Virus record (IMG/VR): IMGVR_UViG_3300013110_000375
Location: 1 to 55,501 of that record
Origin: a virus
Lineage: Duplodnaviria; Caudoviricetes
Reading direction: 5' to 3' (one strand)
Length of the DNA stretch: 55,501 bases
The notes under the pieces were generated by a model, which had not been told where the DNA came from, ran no database searches, and was given only the letters and a program-made list of their open reading frames with translations. Positions within the stretch are counted from its first letter, which is position 1. Each line of letters opens with the position of its first letter. Shown piece after piece: positions 25,010 to 36,233 of this stretch. Made by a program: the position numbers and the translations under genes.

Positions 25010-26383
25010 TTAGTCAAAACCATGTTCAAAACCGGCCCCTGAAGACTCATCAAATTCTTCAATTGTCGTCACTGGGGGCCTACGGTTTGGACGGGTTGGC
25101 CTACGTGATGATTCATCTTTATTTGATTGTGATAGGGGTCCGACTTTAGTCGCAGGTTTGATGTGTGAATTCCTTCTTTTTAGTTTTTTCGCGAGTGAGT
25201 TTAAACCACCCGGCTTAGATTTATATGTTTTTCTAAACTCTTCATTAATATATCCTATATCTTCTTGGTTGTCAATAGAAAAATTACTATTTTTTGCTTT
25301 TTGTATGATTCTATTAATTTTTGGCCTTGAAATAACGCCATTTTCTTCAATGTTTCTTACTTGCACATAAAAATTCAACCAATCATGATGTGAATATTCT
25401 TGATCAAGAGTTTCCATTGTGACTGGTCTTCTTAGAAACATATTAAAAATAGTATTATTTTTACAATTGCAGCCCAACTCTTTTTCAGACACAAAAGAAG
25501 AGGCAAATCTATTATAATATTCAAGAACCAAATCTTTTAATAATAAAATATCTTTATTATATGCAATCTCAAATCTTTTTTCAAATAGACTTTGTGGTGA
25601 ATTTATAATATACGGCAATCGCAAAGAATATTTCATCATAGGTGCGGATAATACATCAGCAACTAATACCCAAGGCGCATTATGTGAAATCAAAAAACCG
25701 TGTTCCTTGCAAATATTGAGATAAAATGGATATATTGGATTATCTAAAAACGATTCTTCTTTTATTTTATCATCATCAATTGGAAGATCAGCTATACTTA
25801 TCGCCAGTCCGGATGTAAAGATGCTGGATAATCTTGATCGTTGCCACGAAGTAAATGTCAAAGGTGCAAGTTTTTTATTGTCTCTTATAAAAAAATGTAA
25901 GTTATTAATAAAGTCTTTTATTTTTAAGACATTCTGTTTTTTATTTTGAGAGACCAAATAATCGTTTATATATTCATCCATCAAATTTTCTATGTATTTA
26001 CTATATTCAACAAAAGGATCAACAAATCCACGGACAGCCTTAATATGAGATAAGAATGGATCATTTGTTGGTATAATGTTGGTTCTACAAGCTTGATCGA
26101 ATTTTTTAACAAGATCGGAAAAAGCATCCGCAACAAAATCTATTGCTCTAGGATTAATATCAGAGGTTTGAATCGAGGTCAAATATTTCATGTATGATTC
26201 TATTGGATATACTGTATCCATTCTTGTATTAATACATCCATACATTGAGCTTTCAACAAAATTTAAATTTCTAACTTGATCGGGACCGGATGGGGTATCA
26301 TAGGCTGTCAATCTATAATCGGCTCTTTCAAAAAAAAGATCAATTGTAGAGTCTATATCATTTTTTCCATAAAAATTGGTCAT
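25010..26383 (-). CDS. Hypothetical protein, 457 aa
   Basis: Long ORF with GGAGG SD, contiguous with the baseplate genes. Confidence 0.8.
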   Translation of the reverse strand: MTNFYGKNDIDSTIDLFFERADYRLTAYDTPSGPDQVRNLNFVESSMYGCINTRMDTVYPIESYMKYLTSIQTSDINPRAIDFVADAFSDLVKKFDQACRTNIIPTNDPFLSHIKAVRGFVDPFVEYSKYIENLMDEYINDYLVSQNKKQNVLKIKDFINNLHFFIRDNKKLAPLTFTSWQRSRLSSIFTSGLAISIADLPIDDDKIKEESFLDNPIYPFYLNICKEHGFLISHNAPWVLVADVLSAPMMKYSLRLPYIINSPQSLFEKRFEIAYNKDILLLKDLVLEYYNRFASSFVSEKELGCNCKNNTIFNMFLRRPVTMETLDQEYSHHDWLNFYVQVRNIEENGVISRPKINRIIQKAKNSNFSIDNQEDIGYINEEFRKTYKSKPGGLNSLAKKLKRRNSHIKPATKVGPLSQSNKDESSRRPTRPNRRPPVTTIEEFDESSGAGFEHGFD

Positions 26384-26401
26384 TCGTTATCCTCCTTTCC
26401 A

Positions 26402-29400
26402 TCAAGAATCTTCTTTCTTCTTTTCGGCCTCCTGCATTTCTTTTAATTTTTTCAATGCGGCTTCATATTCCTTTTTATATTTTCTTTTCCGCCTTTTAAG
26501 CTGGCGGCTGCGTTCGCCCTTTTTCTTTTTCAAGTCGCTTGGTTTGACAGAATACTTTTCATTAAATTCTTCTTGAGCCTTTTGAAGTGCGGTTTTTTCT
26601 GCTGGTTTCTTTTTAGCTATCGACTTGGGCGAGTTCTTATCAGATACATTAAATCCGAAAACGGGAACCTTACCAGCCAAAGCAGCTTCTGTTGCTCGCT
26701 CCACGACACCCGCACACAGAGCATCTGATTTATTGCCTGAGTCTGTAATATCAGAAGAAATTCTAGTTGGTTCGCCAGTGCTTGCAATGAGGCTTGCTTT
26801 TCCATCTCCACTGTAATGGAATTGAGCGTCAACAACTGTTTCAAATTTTTCAGGAGTTATAGTTGATTTTACTTTTGTAACTATGTGATATCCACCAATT
26901 CCCAAAGCATTTGCTATTGAAGCTTCTCTGCGAATTACGTCATTTTTATCCACTTCTTGTGGAATCGTTGGGTCAAAATCTGGTCCTCCGAGGCCCCTCG
27001 GATCTATAAAAAGTTCCATTCCCGGATAATACAAAGTATTTCCAATCATATTAAGGGTGGCTTTATAAACCGCTCCCAACTGCATCAATCCATCGTGACC
27101 ATGATTAAAAAATCGGGCTTCTCTAATGTACTGCATATCGACCTTACTAAATTTAACAGTTTTTAATAAACCTCGATTTGAGCCTATTTGATAATGATAA
27201 ATTCCTTCTTCTTCATCAATATGCTTCTTGCCTTTCCCTGTATGTGTTGAAGCATTCATTGATGTAACGGGGTATATAAAAACATAATTCCAAAAATCAT
27301 CTATATTGGTGCCGTATTCAGAAGTGTTTAAGGGAAGATCTTTGGAATTATGTCTTTTATCGACATTAATCATATATGGAACATTGCCTTTAACTTTGTC
27401 ACCTTTAGATAAAGATCTCATAGCTGCCATTGGCTCATTTCCAGTTGTAGTTGCCAAAGCAAGAATTTGACCTGTTTCCAGAGAAATCGATTTATCAACC
27501 TGCCTATTAATACATGTCTCTAAAAATAAGTTAATTATCATTTGACACAGGTCTCTAATAAAATCTAATACTGGATAAGATTTTCTATCTGGTTCAACTA
27601 CATTCTCTGTCATCCATTTTTGAAAATATTCAAAAGACACTGGTATTTCTGATAAATTAATGTCATTAAACTTTTGTTTTTTATCTTCTGGTGTGCTGTT
27701 ATAATCGTCATATACAAAAGAAGATAAAAGAAGTCTTGTTCGGGCCACATCCGACCTCATTTTACCTTGAGATATGGAACCGGCACCATAAGGATCATAT
27801 TCTTCATCAACAGCCCCAGCAGGCTCATACATGCAATCAAGAATAGTGTGTAACAAGTCTCCTATAAAAAAGAAATTTATCTTTTGTTTGTAATCCCCCT
27901 TATTCATTTGTTCTATCTGATCCAAATCATATTCAAATTTGTTTCTAGCAATATGTATATCCCCATCACCGAGGACTGGCATTTTGCCGTCATTCACAAA
28001 ATCTCTAATATGAACCGAAGTAACATCTGCGTGATAAACTTTTTGCCTTTGAATTAGCCTTCTTTTGATAGATTGGTATTGGGCTTTCACAAAATTTTCT
28101 TGATTTTTAGAAAACAAACCTCTAATATAATTAAGATCAAAATCACTACAATGCCCTCCAGTGATTAACTCTCGCATTTTTTTATCTTGAAGACGCTTCA
28201 CTGCTATTGACTCAGGAGTTGACAAAGCGTCCAAACTGCTGGATCTCAATGTTGATTCTATATAAGCAGCGTAAGTGATCTTAACTTCAACTGTTCCATC
28301 TGGTTTAATATCTAAATCATGATCAATCATATTTAAATAAAATGATTTATTAATTTTATTCAATCCATCGTTAAATGTTGTAAGAGGGTCTTTAATATCT
28401 TTAAATACTGGGTCGAGAGCACACCTTTTATTCAAAATTTGTATAAAAGCATCATCATTTCTAGATTGCCATCCAACATCGGCGCGGATTTTATAATCTC
28501 CAGCCGAATAGCGATATGGGTGCCTATTCGGCTGGTCTTTGGGAGGCGCAGAAGGAAACAATAATAATTCAACAAAGCTATATTCTTCATTTGGAGTAAA
28601 TTTTCTCTTTTTTGTTAAGTCAAGAAAATTTTGAAAATACAAAACCAATTCTGCTTTTATATCTTTTCTAGCAGTCGCTGGGGTGGTCCCATCAAACGAA
28701 AATGAAAAAGATTTAATACCGGCACCATGTCCCTTATCCATAGCAGAATCCATAAAACTATTCATATCAACATTAGTAATATTTTCAAAAATAAATTCAA
28801 CTTCTTTGTATTTATCTCCTGCTCCTTGATTAAACACTTTAAATAATCTTATTTTAGGAGTAAGTGCTGAAATAATATCTGGTGTTACTTCTGTAAACAT
28901 TTTAACTGCGTCTTTTTTTGGAAGAGACAAGAGACTAGGAATTTTTGAATGTTCTTGTCCCGTATGATTTAAAAGATAAAACCTATCGCTATATGCAGAT
29001 CCGGCATGAACAAGGTTATTTCCTTTCTCTCTTATTTCGCTTTTGTTTTGTTCCCGATATTGTTTTTTTATTTTTTCAAGATTTCCCAAAAGCGTGCATT
29101 GACCAGCAAATTTTTCTCTTTCTCTTTGTTTTTCTTTGGCCTTGTCAGCCGCTGCTGATCTTTTATTTGCCAAGTCCATTGCTTCTCTACGAGCTTTAGC
29201 AGCGGCGGCGGCTTTTCTTCGCTCTTCCATTTCTTTTGCCAACGCTGCATCAGCGGCAGATATAACTTTTTCTCTGTTTTTACCGGCCCACTCAGCAAGT
29301 TCAGCGGGTGATTTATCTTTCTTAGCGGCTTGGTCGGCAAGGGCGTACCAAAGGTACACAATTGTATTGTTTGCTTTGATCCATTGGTGCCATTGCCAAG

Positions 29401-31897
29401 TAGCAAATGAAGCATACCAAAGATAATTTTTCAGCATACCGTGAGCACCAATGGACGTATCATCGTCTCTAGCGACTTTGCCAATCGACTTGGCTCGCAA
29501 TCTTGCATTGAAAGCATCGCAAAAAGTGTCGGAAATCATTGCGATTTTATCAAAATGATTATATATTCCTTTAAAACGAGGAATTCGGCCTTGGTTTGCC
29601 ATAAAAGGCTCCAGCAGTGCTTTATCCGCTTCATTGCCTCCAGATTTGTGTTCCTCCATATCCGAAACCTCGGCGGCCCTTTGTGCGTCCACTTTGTTTT
29701 GCAGTTTTCCAACCAAATCCCTTGCGCCAGTGCCTTCCGGGGCGGCCCCATGAGACATCCAACTTTTGAAATTAAATCCTTTAAAAATTGGCTCTTGATA
29801 TTTTTCAAACACACCACCGTTTGTGGAAGACTTTGCGAAATTGGTTGCTTGTTGCATTTTCAGATCATAGGCCGGAATACTGTCTGAAACATAAATTAAA
29901 GGATCTCTCTTATAATCTGCCTCAAGGGGGTTTCGGATCAGATTTGCCATACGTTCGGCCTTTTCTTTTTTTGAAATCGTCGCAGTCGGATATTCAGGAA
30001 CGGGTTTTAGGGCTCCCACTCCGGTTTTGCCTTTGGGATATCCTTCAGTAAAAAATGGAATACCCATATTGTGTATTGCTTGTTCATATTGGGCATCTAT
30101 GGCCTTCGACGGATCGGTTGACCCGTCTGCAAATTTTCCAAAAGCACGAAATATGGCATGTCTGCCATAGGCATTCCATATGGGGGCCCCGAAGCAATAT
30201 GCCAATTTGTGTTTTTTCTGTTTTACAAAAGAATTTTGTACTGCGTTCCATTCACCGGCGGGACGGTCGAGGTTGCCTATTTTAAAAAGCTGTTTTTCGG
30301 AGCCCCACAAATGATAACCCGGATCTTGCGGGTCTTCAGATTTCATCGCGCCCCAAGATTGGGGCACTATTCCGCCCTTGAAATCGGCAAAGCTGAAATT
30401 CTCTGTGGGGGTGTAAGCGGCGGCGACATCCTGACCTGCGAAAGATCCTGAACTGAGGGACTTCCATCCCACCGCGTGGAATGCGCCCTCACCCGCATTT
30501 ATCTTGGGGTGACCATGGACAATAATTTTTGAAAATGCATCACGGGTAATCCCGCCCTCGGAAGTGAGTTGGTCTGCTTCAAGAATACCCGTTAACATTT
30601 CTGCAACGGGCCTTTTTGGCATTGGGGGAGCAGTGTCCTTGTTCATCGCCAACTCCTGCCAATATTTTTGACAACCTCTTACCAGATCTGCTGTCGCCCC
30701 CGCGTCCGGGTTGTAAAGTTGATCATACATGGTCGCCTCGCTCATTTTAGTGAACGGATTGATGCTGTTGCTATTGTCCCAACCAGTCTCAGTGGACGAC
30801 TTTCGGAACTTTGGGGCACCTTGGACGGACGCATCGGCGCGTCCAGAGACAGCGATAGATTTTTTGTTCGTGTAATAGGCATGAGCACAAGGATGCACAC
30901 CGGTTTCACTTGGGGGGCCAGTCATCAAATAAAAGAGAGCACACTCTTCTTTGGTCATATTGATATCTAAGATTCTGTCGCCATCAGAACTATAACCAAT
31001 TTTCTTAGATTGCCACAAATATCTACAAAAGCCCCATGCAATGCTATGTCTTACTCCCGCGCCTGTTTGAAAGCCAATACACTGCATTGGGTGGAAAACA
31101 TACCTTGTCATAACACACTGTCGCCATTGGTTGAAAAGGGCGATTGCTTGGAGATCTTGTGTGCCAAATTTCGCTTTCATTTGGGTACCCCATATGCCTC
31201 CTTCTGCTCCAACAGGATATAATAGAGCACCGCCACCCCATCTGCCGGTTTCACCGTGATTCTGATCTCCTTCTTCGCCCATGCGAGTGCCCTTGAGATT
31301 ATAAACGTCCCAAAGATCGTTGAGGGCTCCGAAGAGAGGTCCAGCCTTGAGGGTTTTTGGGTAGTCTTCATGGGCTGATTGTCTAGCTCCAAAATATCCA
31401 GATGATGAAAATGTCGCCTTCATCAAAGCATCGGAGTTGTTAAGGAGGTTCAGGTCGCAGTCCTTGTCTTCAATATTCCAATTTTCACCGTCTGGCTTCA
31501 ATGTAAAATCAGCCATTGGGTAACACGCAAGTACCCACTTTGAAAAATCTTCTGTCCAATAAAAGTCATCTGAATCGCACATCACATAACTCCAAGCGCA
31601 TCCTGCGCCAAGGGGGAATCTTTCTGGTGGGTTACCATTATTGCTCTGTGCGGGCCAGCCCTTTGGTGGGCGTGCCCATAGCCAACCATCTTCTGTGGTT
31701 GATGGTCCACCAAATTTTCCACTAGTGAGATTTCTTTTCAAAGATTTTATGTGACCAGCATTATCCCGTTTCCATGTATCACCCTTCATCGAAGCTTCAC
31801 CCAAAACATAAGTTAAAAGACTTAAAAAAGCAAATTGTGTTGACATATCGCTTGATGGGGATTTTCCGACTTCTTCAAATACATCTCTAACTCCCAT
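26402..31897 (-). CDS. Very large baseplate hub-like protein (gp27/VgrG-like C-terminal half) with an unknown N-terminal half
   Basis: C-terminal ATLNMIGNTLYYPGMELFI...GGYHIVTKVKSTI...FETVV hub pattern; position after the LysM wedge. Confidence 0.65.
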   Translation of the reverse strand: MGVRDVFEEVGKSPSSDMSTQFAFLSLLTYVLGEASMKGDTWKRDNAGHIKSLKRNLTSGKFGGPSTTEDGWLWARPPKGWPAQSNNGNPPERFPLGAGCAWSYVMCDSDDFYWTEDFSKWVLACYPMADFTLKPDGENWNIEDKDCDLNLLNNSDALMKATFSSSGYFGARQSAHEDYPKTLKAGPLFGALNDLWDVYNLKGTRMGEEGDQNHGETGRWGGGALLYPVGAEGGIWGTQMKAKFGTQDLQAIALFNQWRQCVMTRYVFHPMQCIGFQTGAGVRHSIAWGFCRYLWQSKKIGYSSDGDRILDINMTKEECALFYLMTGPPSETGVHPCAHAYYTNKKSIAVSGRADASVQGAPKFRKSSTETGWDNSNSINPFTKMSEATMYDQLYNPDAGATADLVRGCQKYWQELAMNKDTAPPMPKRPVAEMLTGILEADQLTSEGGITRDAFSKIIVHGHPKINAGEGAFHAVGWKSLSSGSFAGQDVAAAYTPTENFSFADFKGGIVPQSWGAMKSEDPQDPGYHLWGSEKQLFKIGNLDRPAGEWNAVQNSFVKQKKHKLAYCFGAPIWNAYGRHAIFRAFGKFADGSTDPSKAIDAQYEQAIHNMGIPFFTEGYPKGKTGVGALKPVPEYPTATISKKEKAERMANLIRNPLEADYKRDPLIYVSDSIPAYDLKMQQATNFAKSSTNGGVFEKYQEPIFKGFNFKSWMSHGAAPEGTGARDLVGKLQNKVDAQRAAEVSDMEEHKSGGNEADKALLEPFMANQGRIPRFKGIYNHFDKIAMISDTFCDAFNARLRAKSIGKVARDDDTSIGAHGMLKNYLWYASFATWQWHQWIKANNTIVYLWYALADQAAKKDKSPAELAEWAGKNREKVISAADAALAKEMEERRKAAAAAKARREAMDLANKRSAAADKAKEKQREREKFAGQCTLLGNLEKIKKQYREQNKSEIREKGNNLVHAGSAYSDRFYLLNHTGQEHSKIPSLLSLPKKDAVKMFTEVTPDIISALTPKIRLFKVFNQGAGDKYKEVEFIFENITNVDMNSFMDSAMDKGHGAGIKSFSFSFDGTTPATARKDIKAELVLYFQNFLDLTKKRKFTPNEEYSFVELLLFPSAPPKDQPNRHPYRYSAGDYKIRADVGWQSRNDDAFIQILNKRCALDPVFKDIKDPLTTFNDGLNKINKSFYLNMIDHDLDIKPDGTVEVKITYAAYIESTLRSSSLDALSTPESIAVKRLQDKKMRELITGGHCSDFDLNYIRGLFSKNQENFVKAQYQSIKRRLIQRQKVYHADVTSVHIRDFVNDGKMPVLGDGDIHIARNKFEYDLDQIEQMNKGDYKQKINFFFIGDLLHTILDCMYEPAGAVDEEYDPYGAGSISQGKMRSDVARTRLLLSSFVYDDYNSTPEDKKQKFNDINLSEIPVSFEYFQKWMTENVVEPDRKSYPVLDFIRDLCQMIINLFLETCINRQVDKSISLETGQILALATTTGNEPMAAMRSLSKGDKVKGNVPYMINVDKRHNSKDLPLNTSEYGTNIDDFWNYVFIYPVTSMNASTHTGKGKKHIDEEEGIYHYQIGSNRGLLKTVKFSKVDMQYIREARFFNHGHDGLMQLGAVYKATLNMIGNTLYYPGMELFIDPRGLGGPDFDPTIPQEVDKNDVIRREASIANALGIGGYHIVTKVKSTITPEKFETVVDAQFHYSGDGKASLIASTGEPTRISSDITDSGNKSDALCAGVVERATEAALAGKVPVFGFNVSDKNSPKSIAKKKPAEKTALQKAQEEFNEKYSVKPSDLKKKKGERSRQLKRRKRKYKKEYEAALKKLKEMQEAEKKKEDS

Positions 31898-32229
31898 TAT
31901 GACACCACCTGAAGGGCTTCTGAAAGATTAACCGGAATTCTGATTTCATCTCCAATTAAATTATGAGCTTCTGTTGGTTTTTTATTGAAAGAGGCGATAA
32001 TCCACCAATATCTTGAATCACCATAAAATAGCCTTGCCAGCCTCCAATAAGAGTCTCCCATAGACCACATATGAGATTGATATTCAATGGAATCTAAAAC
32101 TTTTTGTTCAACCGGGGTAGAAATAGGAGTTCTATATTGTTCTATTTGAAGAACGCCGCGTTGTTCAAACATTTTATCGTATTGTTCTTCAAAATTAATA
32201 GCTGTTACTCTTCTTGAATATCTAGACAT
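31897..32229 (-). CDS. LysM-containing baseplate wedge protein (gp53/tail X-like)
   Basis: GDSYWRLARLFYGDSRYWWIIASFN...GDEIRIP. Confidence 0.85.
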   Translation of the reverse strand: MSRYSRRVTAINFEEQYDKMFEQRGVLQIEQYRTPISTPVEQKVLDSIEYQSHMWSMGDSYWRLARLFYGDSRYWWIIASFNKKPTEAHNLIGDEIRIPVNLSEALQVVS

Positions 32230-33089
32230 TATCCGTTTCCTTCTGATTTATTTGCGTCTGCTGTTTTCTGTTCCTCTGTAACTTTGGAATCGGCATCTTT
32301 TTGGCTTTGATCGGCTGGCTTCTTGGGTGCAGCGGATTTTCCTTGTTTTATTCCATCGCTTTTATGGGAATGGGGTCCCGGAAAAAAGCTCTGACTCTTA
32401 TATAAAGTTTGTGTTTTATTATCCCTATTCCAGCCGAGATCGGCTTGGTGTAGGACGGTCATTCCAAAGCTTAAATTAATAACTTTGGGATATATGTTCC
32501 CAGACCCATCAAGAAACACGCCCATATCCAAAGCAGGAGACCAGTTTAAACCATCTAAATATCCGAGAAGACCTTCAGAGTCCTGTTTTCCTTGTGATGG
32601 CTTTGAAGATTTTAACAAATTTGCAAATCTAACCTTTACCAAGGGCGGATGCGAGATTACTGATCCCATCGAAACTACTTTCCCAGCATTAACAATTTCC
32701 TCTTTTTTGGCCTTTTTTTTGTCTTCATCGGTTTGTTTTTTTATTCCCAATTCTTGAACACTGATATTGTTATAAGCTGGGTAGAGGAACTTCATTAAAT
32801 GGTCGCACTGTTTTAATGCGGCTTGAGCTTGTGCTATATTTCCCGATGGAATATCAAATGCCAATGATATTGTTCTAGTGGTTCCTTGAAAAGTTGCAAT
32901 TGGATCATTTCTGCCATATACTCTTTCTTCATTCCAATTGGATTTAAAAGCTTGGCTAAAATCGGACAAAAAAGCAGCAAATACTATCTGTTCCAAAGTA
33001 ATCATACTTTGAATGATCAGTTCCCCTTGGCCGCTTTTTCCTGCATAAGCGCGAGTTGCTTTACTATATAATGTACTTGGTATGGTCAT
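32229..33089 (-). CDS. Tail tube initiator / baseplate protein
   Basis: W....VYGRNDPIATFQGTTRTISLAF...LYPAY...PPLVKVRF; position after tape measure. Confidence 0.75.
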   Translation of the reverse strand: MTIPSTLYSKATRAYAGKSGQGELIIQSMITLEQIVFAAFLSDFSQAFKSNWNEERVYGRNDPIATFQGTTRTISLAFDIPSGNIAQAQAALKQCDHLMKFLYPAYNNISVQELGIKKQTDEDKKKAKKEEIVNAGKVVSMGSVISHPPLVKVRFANLLKSSKPSQGKQDSEGLLGYLDGLNWSPALDMGVFLDGSGNIYPKVINLSFGMTVLHQADLGWNRDNKTQTLYKSQSFFPGPHSHKSDGIKQGKSAAPKKPADQSQKDADSKVTEEQKTADANKSEGNG

Positions 33090-33099
33090 AAATAAATCC

Positions 33100-35838
33100 T
33101 CATGCTACTGAAAAGCTAGTATCAGCTTCGGCATCAGCTATTGCTTCTTTAAATAGCTTCTCTGTTGCAGGTCCGTCTAATTTTAGTGTCACTTTCATCT
33201 TTTCTTTGTCCTTTCCGAGCCCCATAATGCTGTCCACGACACTGCCCAAGGCACCAGCGAGACCACCACCAGCGGCACCTTTCATTTTTTCTGCTGAAGT
33301 TCCGGTTGATATTAAAGCCATATTTTCCAAAACAGAAGTTATCTTTACTCCACTTCCGGCCTCCAAGGATTGAAGTTGAGTTTGCGCTTTCCAGAGAGAG
33401 GGTCCGAGTTCGCCAATAGATTTAGATAAATCAACATCTCCTAATTTAGCCAATTCTGTGGCCATAGTTCCAATGGCCTCTGCCATTGATGCCATCGCTA
33501 AAGCTGCGCCAATGACACCAAGAAATAATCCTGCCAAAATGCCCACTGCGGCCCAACTTACCGGATTTGAACCAAGGGCGTTTAAGGCCAGTGTGATAGC
33601 AGCGATTCCCAAAGCTATAAGGAAAAATCCTGCTGCTGCTTGAAAAGCAGAATCTCCAGCTTCAACAAATATATCAACAAGATATGCAAAAGATAAAATA
33701 ATGGCAACAATTCCCAAAGCAATCAAAACTAAAGCACCAGCAACACCAGCCATTGCGCCAGCAAACGACCAAACTCCAGCAGATGCGCCGCCAGCGGCGG
33801 TTCCGAGCGCACTAACACCACCAGCGGCTGTTGAAGACGCAGTGCCAAATAATGGTATCAGTCCATTCAAGGCCGTAATCGGAAGATTCGCGGCGGCGGC
33901 GGCGGTTCCGAGGGTTCCAGTAGCTGTTGCCAAGGCCGCCAACCCACCAGCGGCGACAACGGCTTTTGAAAGGGCCGTCATTTGGACTGCGAGTGCCCCA
34001 ACAGGGACAGCAGCAGGTGTTGATGCTGCTCCCAAAGCTGAAATTGCTGGTACTAATGTAGCTGTTATTGAGATACCAGCAGCCGGGGCGTGCTTGGCTA
34101 TTTTTTTGATAGCTTTAGATTGGGCAATAAGCCCTCCAGCACTAGCAAAAGAAGCAACCTTTAAGGCTTTTATGGGCCCAAGTATGGTTGAAAGGATTGA
34201 TGTTAAAACAAAAAAGACAGCAACAACTCCACCAATCTTTACAAGGAGACCATCTTGCCACGATAGCCATTCAGCCAATTTTTCAATAAACGGGACCAAA
34301 GTTTCTTCAACAAACGGACCCATTGTTATTGCAAATTCCATAAATGCGGCCTTAAGTTTCTCAACAACAGACATTGCTTGCATCATCCTTTCTTGAAATT
34401 CTTCCTCGGCTTTGGCGTTGTCTTTGGCGGCATCTTTAAAGCTTCTATATTCTTTTAAGTTCATACCAAAAATCTTTTGAGCTTTAGACATATCTTTAAT
34501 GCCCACTGTGGCTGCGATTGCTTTTTGAGTAAAGCGATCCATATTTTTAAACTGTTTGCCTTGAGCTTGCATGGTTCTCATTAATATTTCAATTCTTTCT
34601 TCTTCGTTCGCCATTAACATTTTAGTTGAAGAAAGTTGAGTTCCCATAATAGCATTTAGTTTAGCAGTGGATTCAGCAGCACCGGCAAAAGTATCAAATT
34701 TATCTGCAAGACCCAAAAGATCATCAACCTCAACACCAGCGGCTTGTGCGGCGGCGGCCACACCTTTAAATATTTTTGGGGCCTGTTTGCCATAGACAGC
34801 CAAAGACTTCATTGCCTTATTGAAGCCTTTTGTTATTTTACTTGCTGACATGCCTAAAGCCTTTCCAACCATAGCCATTTCTTTAGTGGCATTTGCTGCT
34901 GCTGCTCCTGCTAGTCCTAAGTTTTTACTCATAAACATAATACTTTCTGATGAGTCACTTCCTGAAACTTTCAATTTTTCTAAACCAGCAACAATATATT
35001 CCATTTCTTCGCGGGTCTGAGAACTCAAATTTAAAAATCCGGGGAATGCATTAAAAAGATCCCCGGCGGCTTTTGCTGCATCTTTGGCAGATATTCCAAA
35101 ACGTCTAAAGTTTGATCCAACTTCTGCTATGTCATTATACAAAGCCTTACCTGCGCCTGTCTGCGCTGCGAAGGAGGCTGTTGCTTCGTCAACCGCAAGT
35201 GCATATTTTATTGTTTGTTGTGTAATATTTGTAAGCAAGCCAATAGCGAGACTCATTGGATTAATAACTTCTTTGAAGGCCATTTTCATCCCGGCTATGC
35301 CGCCTTTAGATCTGGCAAATTGTCCTATCGATATCATATTGCCAACTATTTTGTTTCCTTTTTGAGAAACTATTCCCATATGAGTTGCCATATCTTGGAA
35401 CATTGGGCGAAGCTTTTTTTGGGCGGCTTTGCCAGCTTCACCCATTTCTTCATACGCCTCTTTGAGCTTCAATGCCTCTTTTTCCGTTTTTTCCATCTGG
35501 TCGCGGGTGAAACCCATTTGGGCGGCAAATTTAGCCTCGGCGGTGGCGAGGTCTTCTTCGGACTCAATAAGATCGTCCATTGCTTCTTTTTTAGCTTTTA
35601 AAAACTCATTTGCTGCTTCGTATTGTGCAGTTGTGTCTCGCAAGATTCCAGCAAGTTCCATTTCGCGAGCGGATCTTTCTAAAGTAGCACGGGAAGACTC
35701 CTCAGACAATTTGTTATTTTCCAACAGCTTGTCATTCATTTCTTTATAAATCTCTAGTTTTTCTTTTTCAGTGAGATTTAGTTTTTTATTTGCTTCTGTT
35801 TGTTGTTCTGTATTTTGAGTCTTCTTATCTTTGGACAT
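33100..35838 (-). CDS. Tape measure protein
   Basis: 912 aa, Ala/Gly-rich helical with hydrophobic segments, downstream of the tail chaperones. Confidence 0.85.
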   Translation of the reverse strand: MSKDKKTQNTEQQTEANKKLNLTEKEKLEIYKEMNDKLLENNKLSEESSRATLERSAREMELAGILRDTTAQYEAANEFLKAKKEAMDDLIESEEDLATAEAKFAAQMGFTRDQMEKTEKEALKLKEAYEEMGEAGKAAQKKLRPMFQDMATHMGIVSQKGNKIVGNMISIGQFARSKGGIAGMKMAFKEVINPMSLAIGLLTNITQQTIKYALAVDEATASFAAQTGAGKALYNDIAEVGSNFRRFGISAKDAAKAAGDLFNAFPGFLNLSSQTREEMEYIVAGLEKLKVSGSDSSESIMFMSKNLGLAGAAAANATKEMAMVGKALGMSASKITKGFNKAMKSLAVYGKQAPKIFKGVAAAAQAAGVEVDDLLGLADKFDTFAGAAESTAKLNAIMGTQLSSTKMLMANEEERIEILMRTMQAQGKQFKNMDRFTQKAIAATVGIKDMSKAQKIFGMNLKEYRSFKDAAKDNAKAEEEFQERMMQAMSVVEKLKAAFMEFAITMGPFVEETLVPFIEKLAEWLSWQDGLLVKIGGVVAVFFVLTSILSTILGPIKALKVASFASAGGLIAQSKAIKKIAKHAPAAGISITATLVPAISALGAASTPAAVPVGALAVQMTALSKAVVAAGGLAALATATGTLGTAAAAANLPITALNGLIPLFGTASSTAAGGVSALGTAAGGASAGVWSFAGAMAGVAGALVLIALGIVAIILSFAYLVDIFVEAGDSAFQAAAGFFLIALGIAAITLALNALGSNPVSWAAVGILAGLFLGVIGAALAMASMAEAIGTMATELAKLGDVDLSKSIGELGPSLWKAQTQLQSLEAGSGVKITSVLENMALISTGTSAEKMKGAAGGGLAGALGSVVDSIMGLGKDKEKMKVTLKLDGPATEKLFKEAIADAEADTSFSVA

Positions 35839-35841
35839 TTA

Positions 35842-36198
35842 TTATTCCTCATCTTTAAAGGGCCACAATAATCCTGTGGTTGCCTCAAACTTCCTTACTG
35901 CTGTATTTAGTCTTTCTCTGGCTTTTGCGGTTTGAAGATGATCTTTTCCGTGTTGAGAATAAGCATCAAGATAGTTTTTTTCACTAACAATGGCATCAGC
36001 ATAAGATTTAACATCTCTATGTTTGCCTCTAATAATAAATTTAGGACCTTGGACTACTTCTTCGTCGTCTTCATTCAAATTGGCAACCATTTGAACGTCA
36101 TCGCCATACATCCATTTTAAAAGAGTTTTAGACCAAGCTCCAAGTGCTTCCATATAACTCTCTTTTAATAGTTTTTTGTTTGAAAAATCTATAATCAT
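35842..36198 (-). CDS. Hypothetical protein (likely start MIIDFSNKK at 36198)
   Basis: Preceded by a terminator, the CTATTTA motif and a G6 SD. Confidence 0.7.
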   Translation of the reverse strand: MIIDFSNKKLLKESYMEALGAWSKTLLKWMYGDDVQMVANLNEDDEEVVQGPKFIIRGKHRDVKSYADAIVSEKNYLDAYSQHGKDHLQTAKARERLNTAVRKFEATTGLLWPFKDEE

Positions 36199-36206
36199 AA
36201 AAAAAT

Positions 36207-36230
36207 CCCCCCAATCAAGAATAAATAGTT
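36207..36230 (-). promoter_or_regulatory. Putative late promoter plus SD; 24-bp exact repeat of 44110..44133
   Basis: AACTATTTATTCTTGATTGGGGGG occurs identically at both sites. Confidence 0.7.
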
Positions 36231-36233
36231 TGA

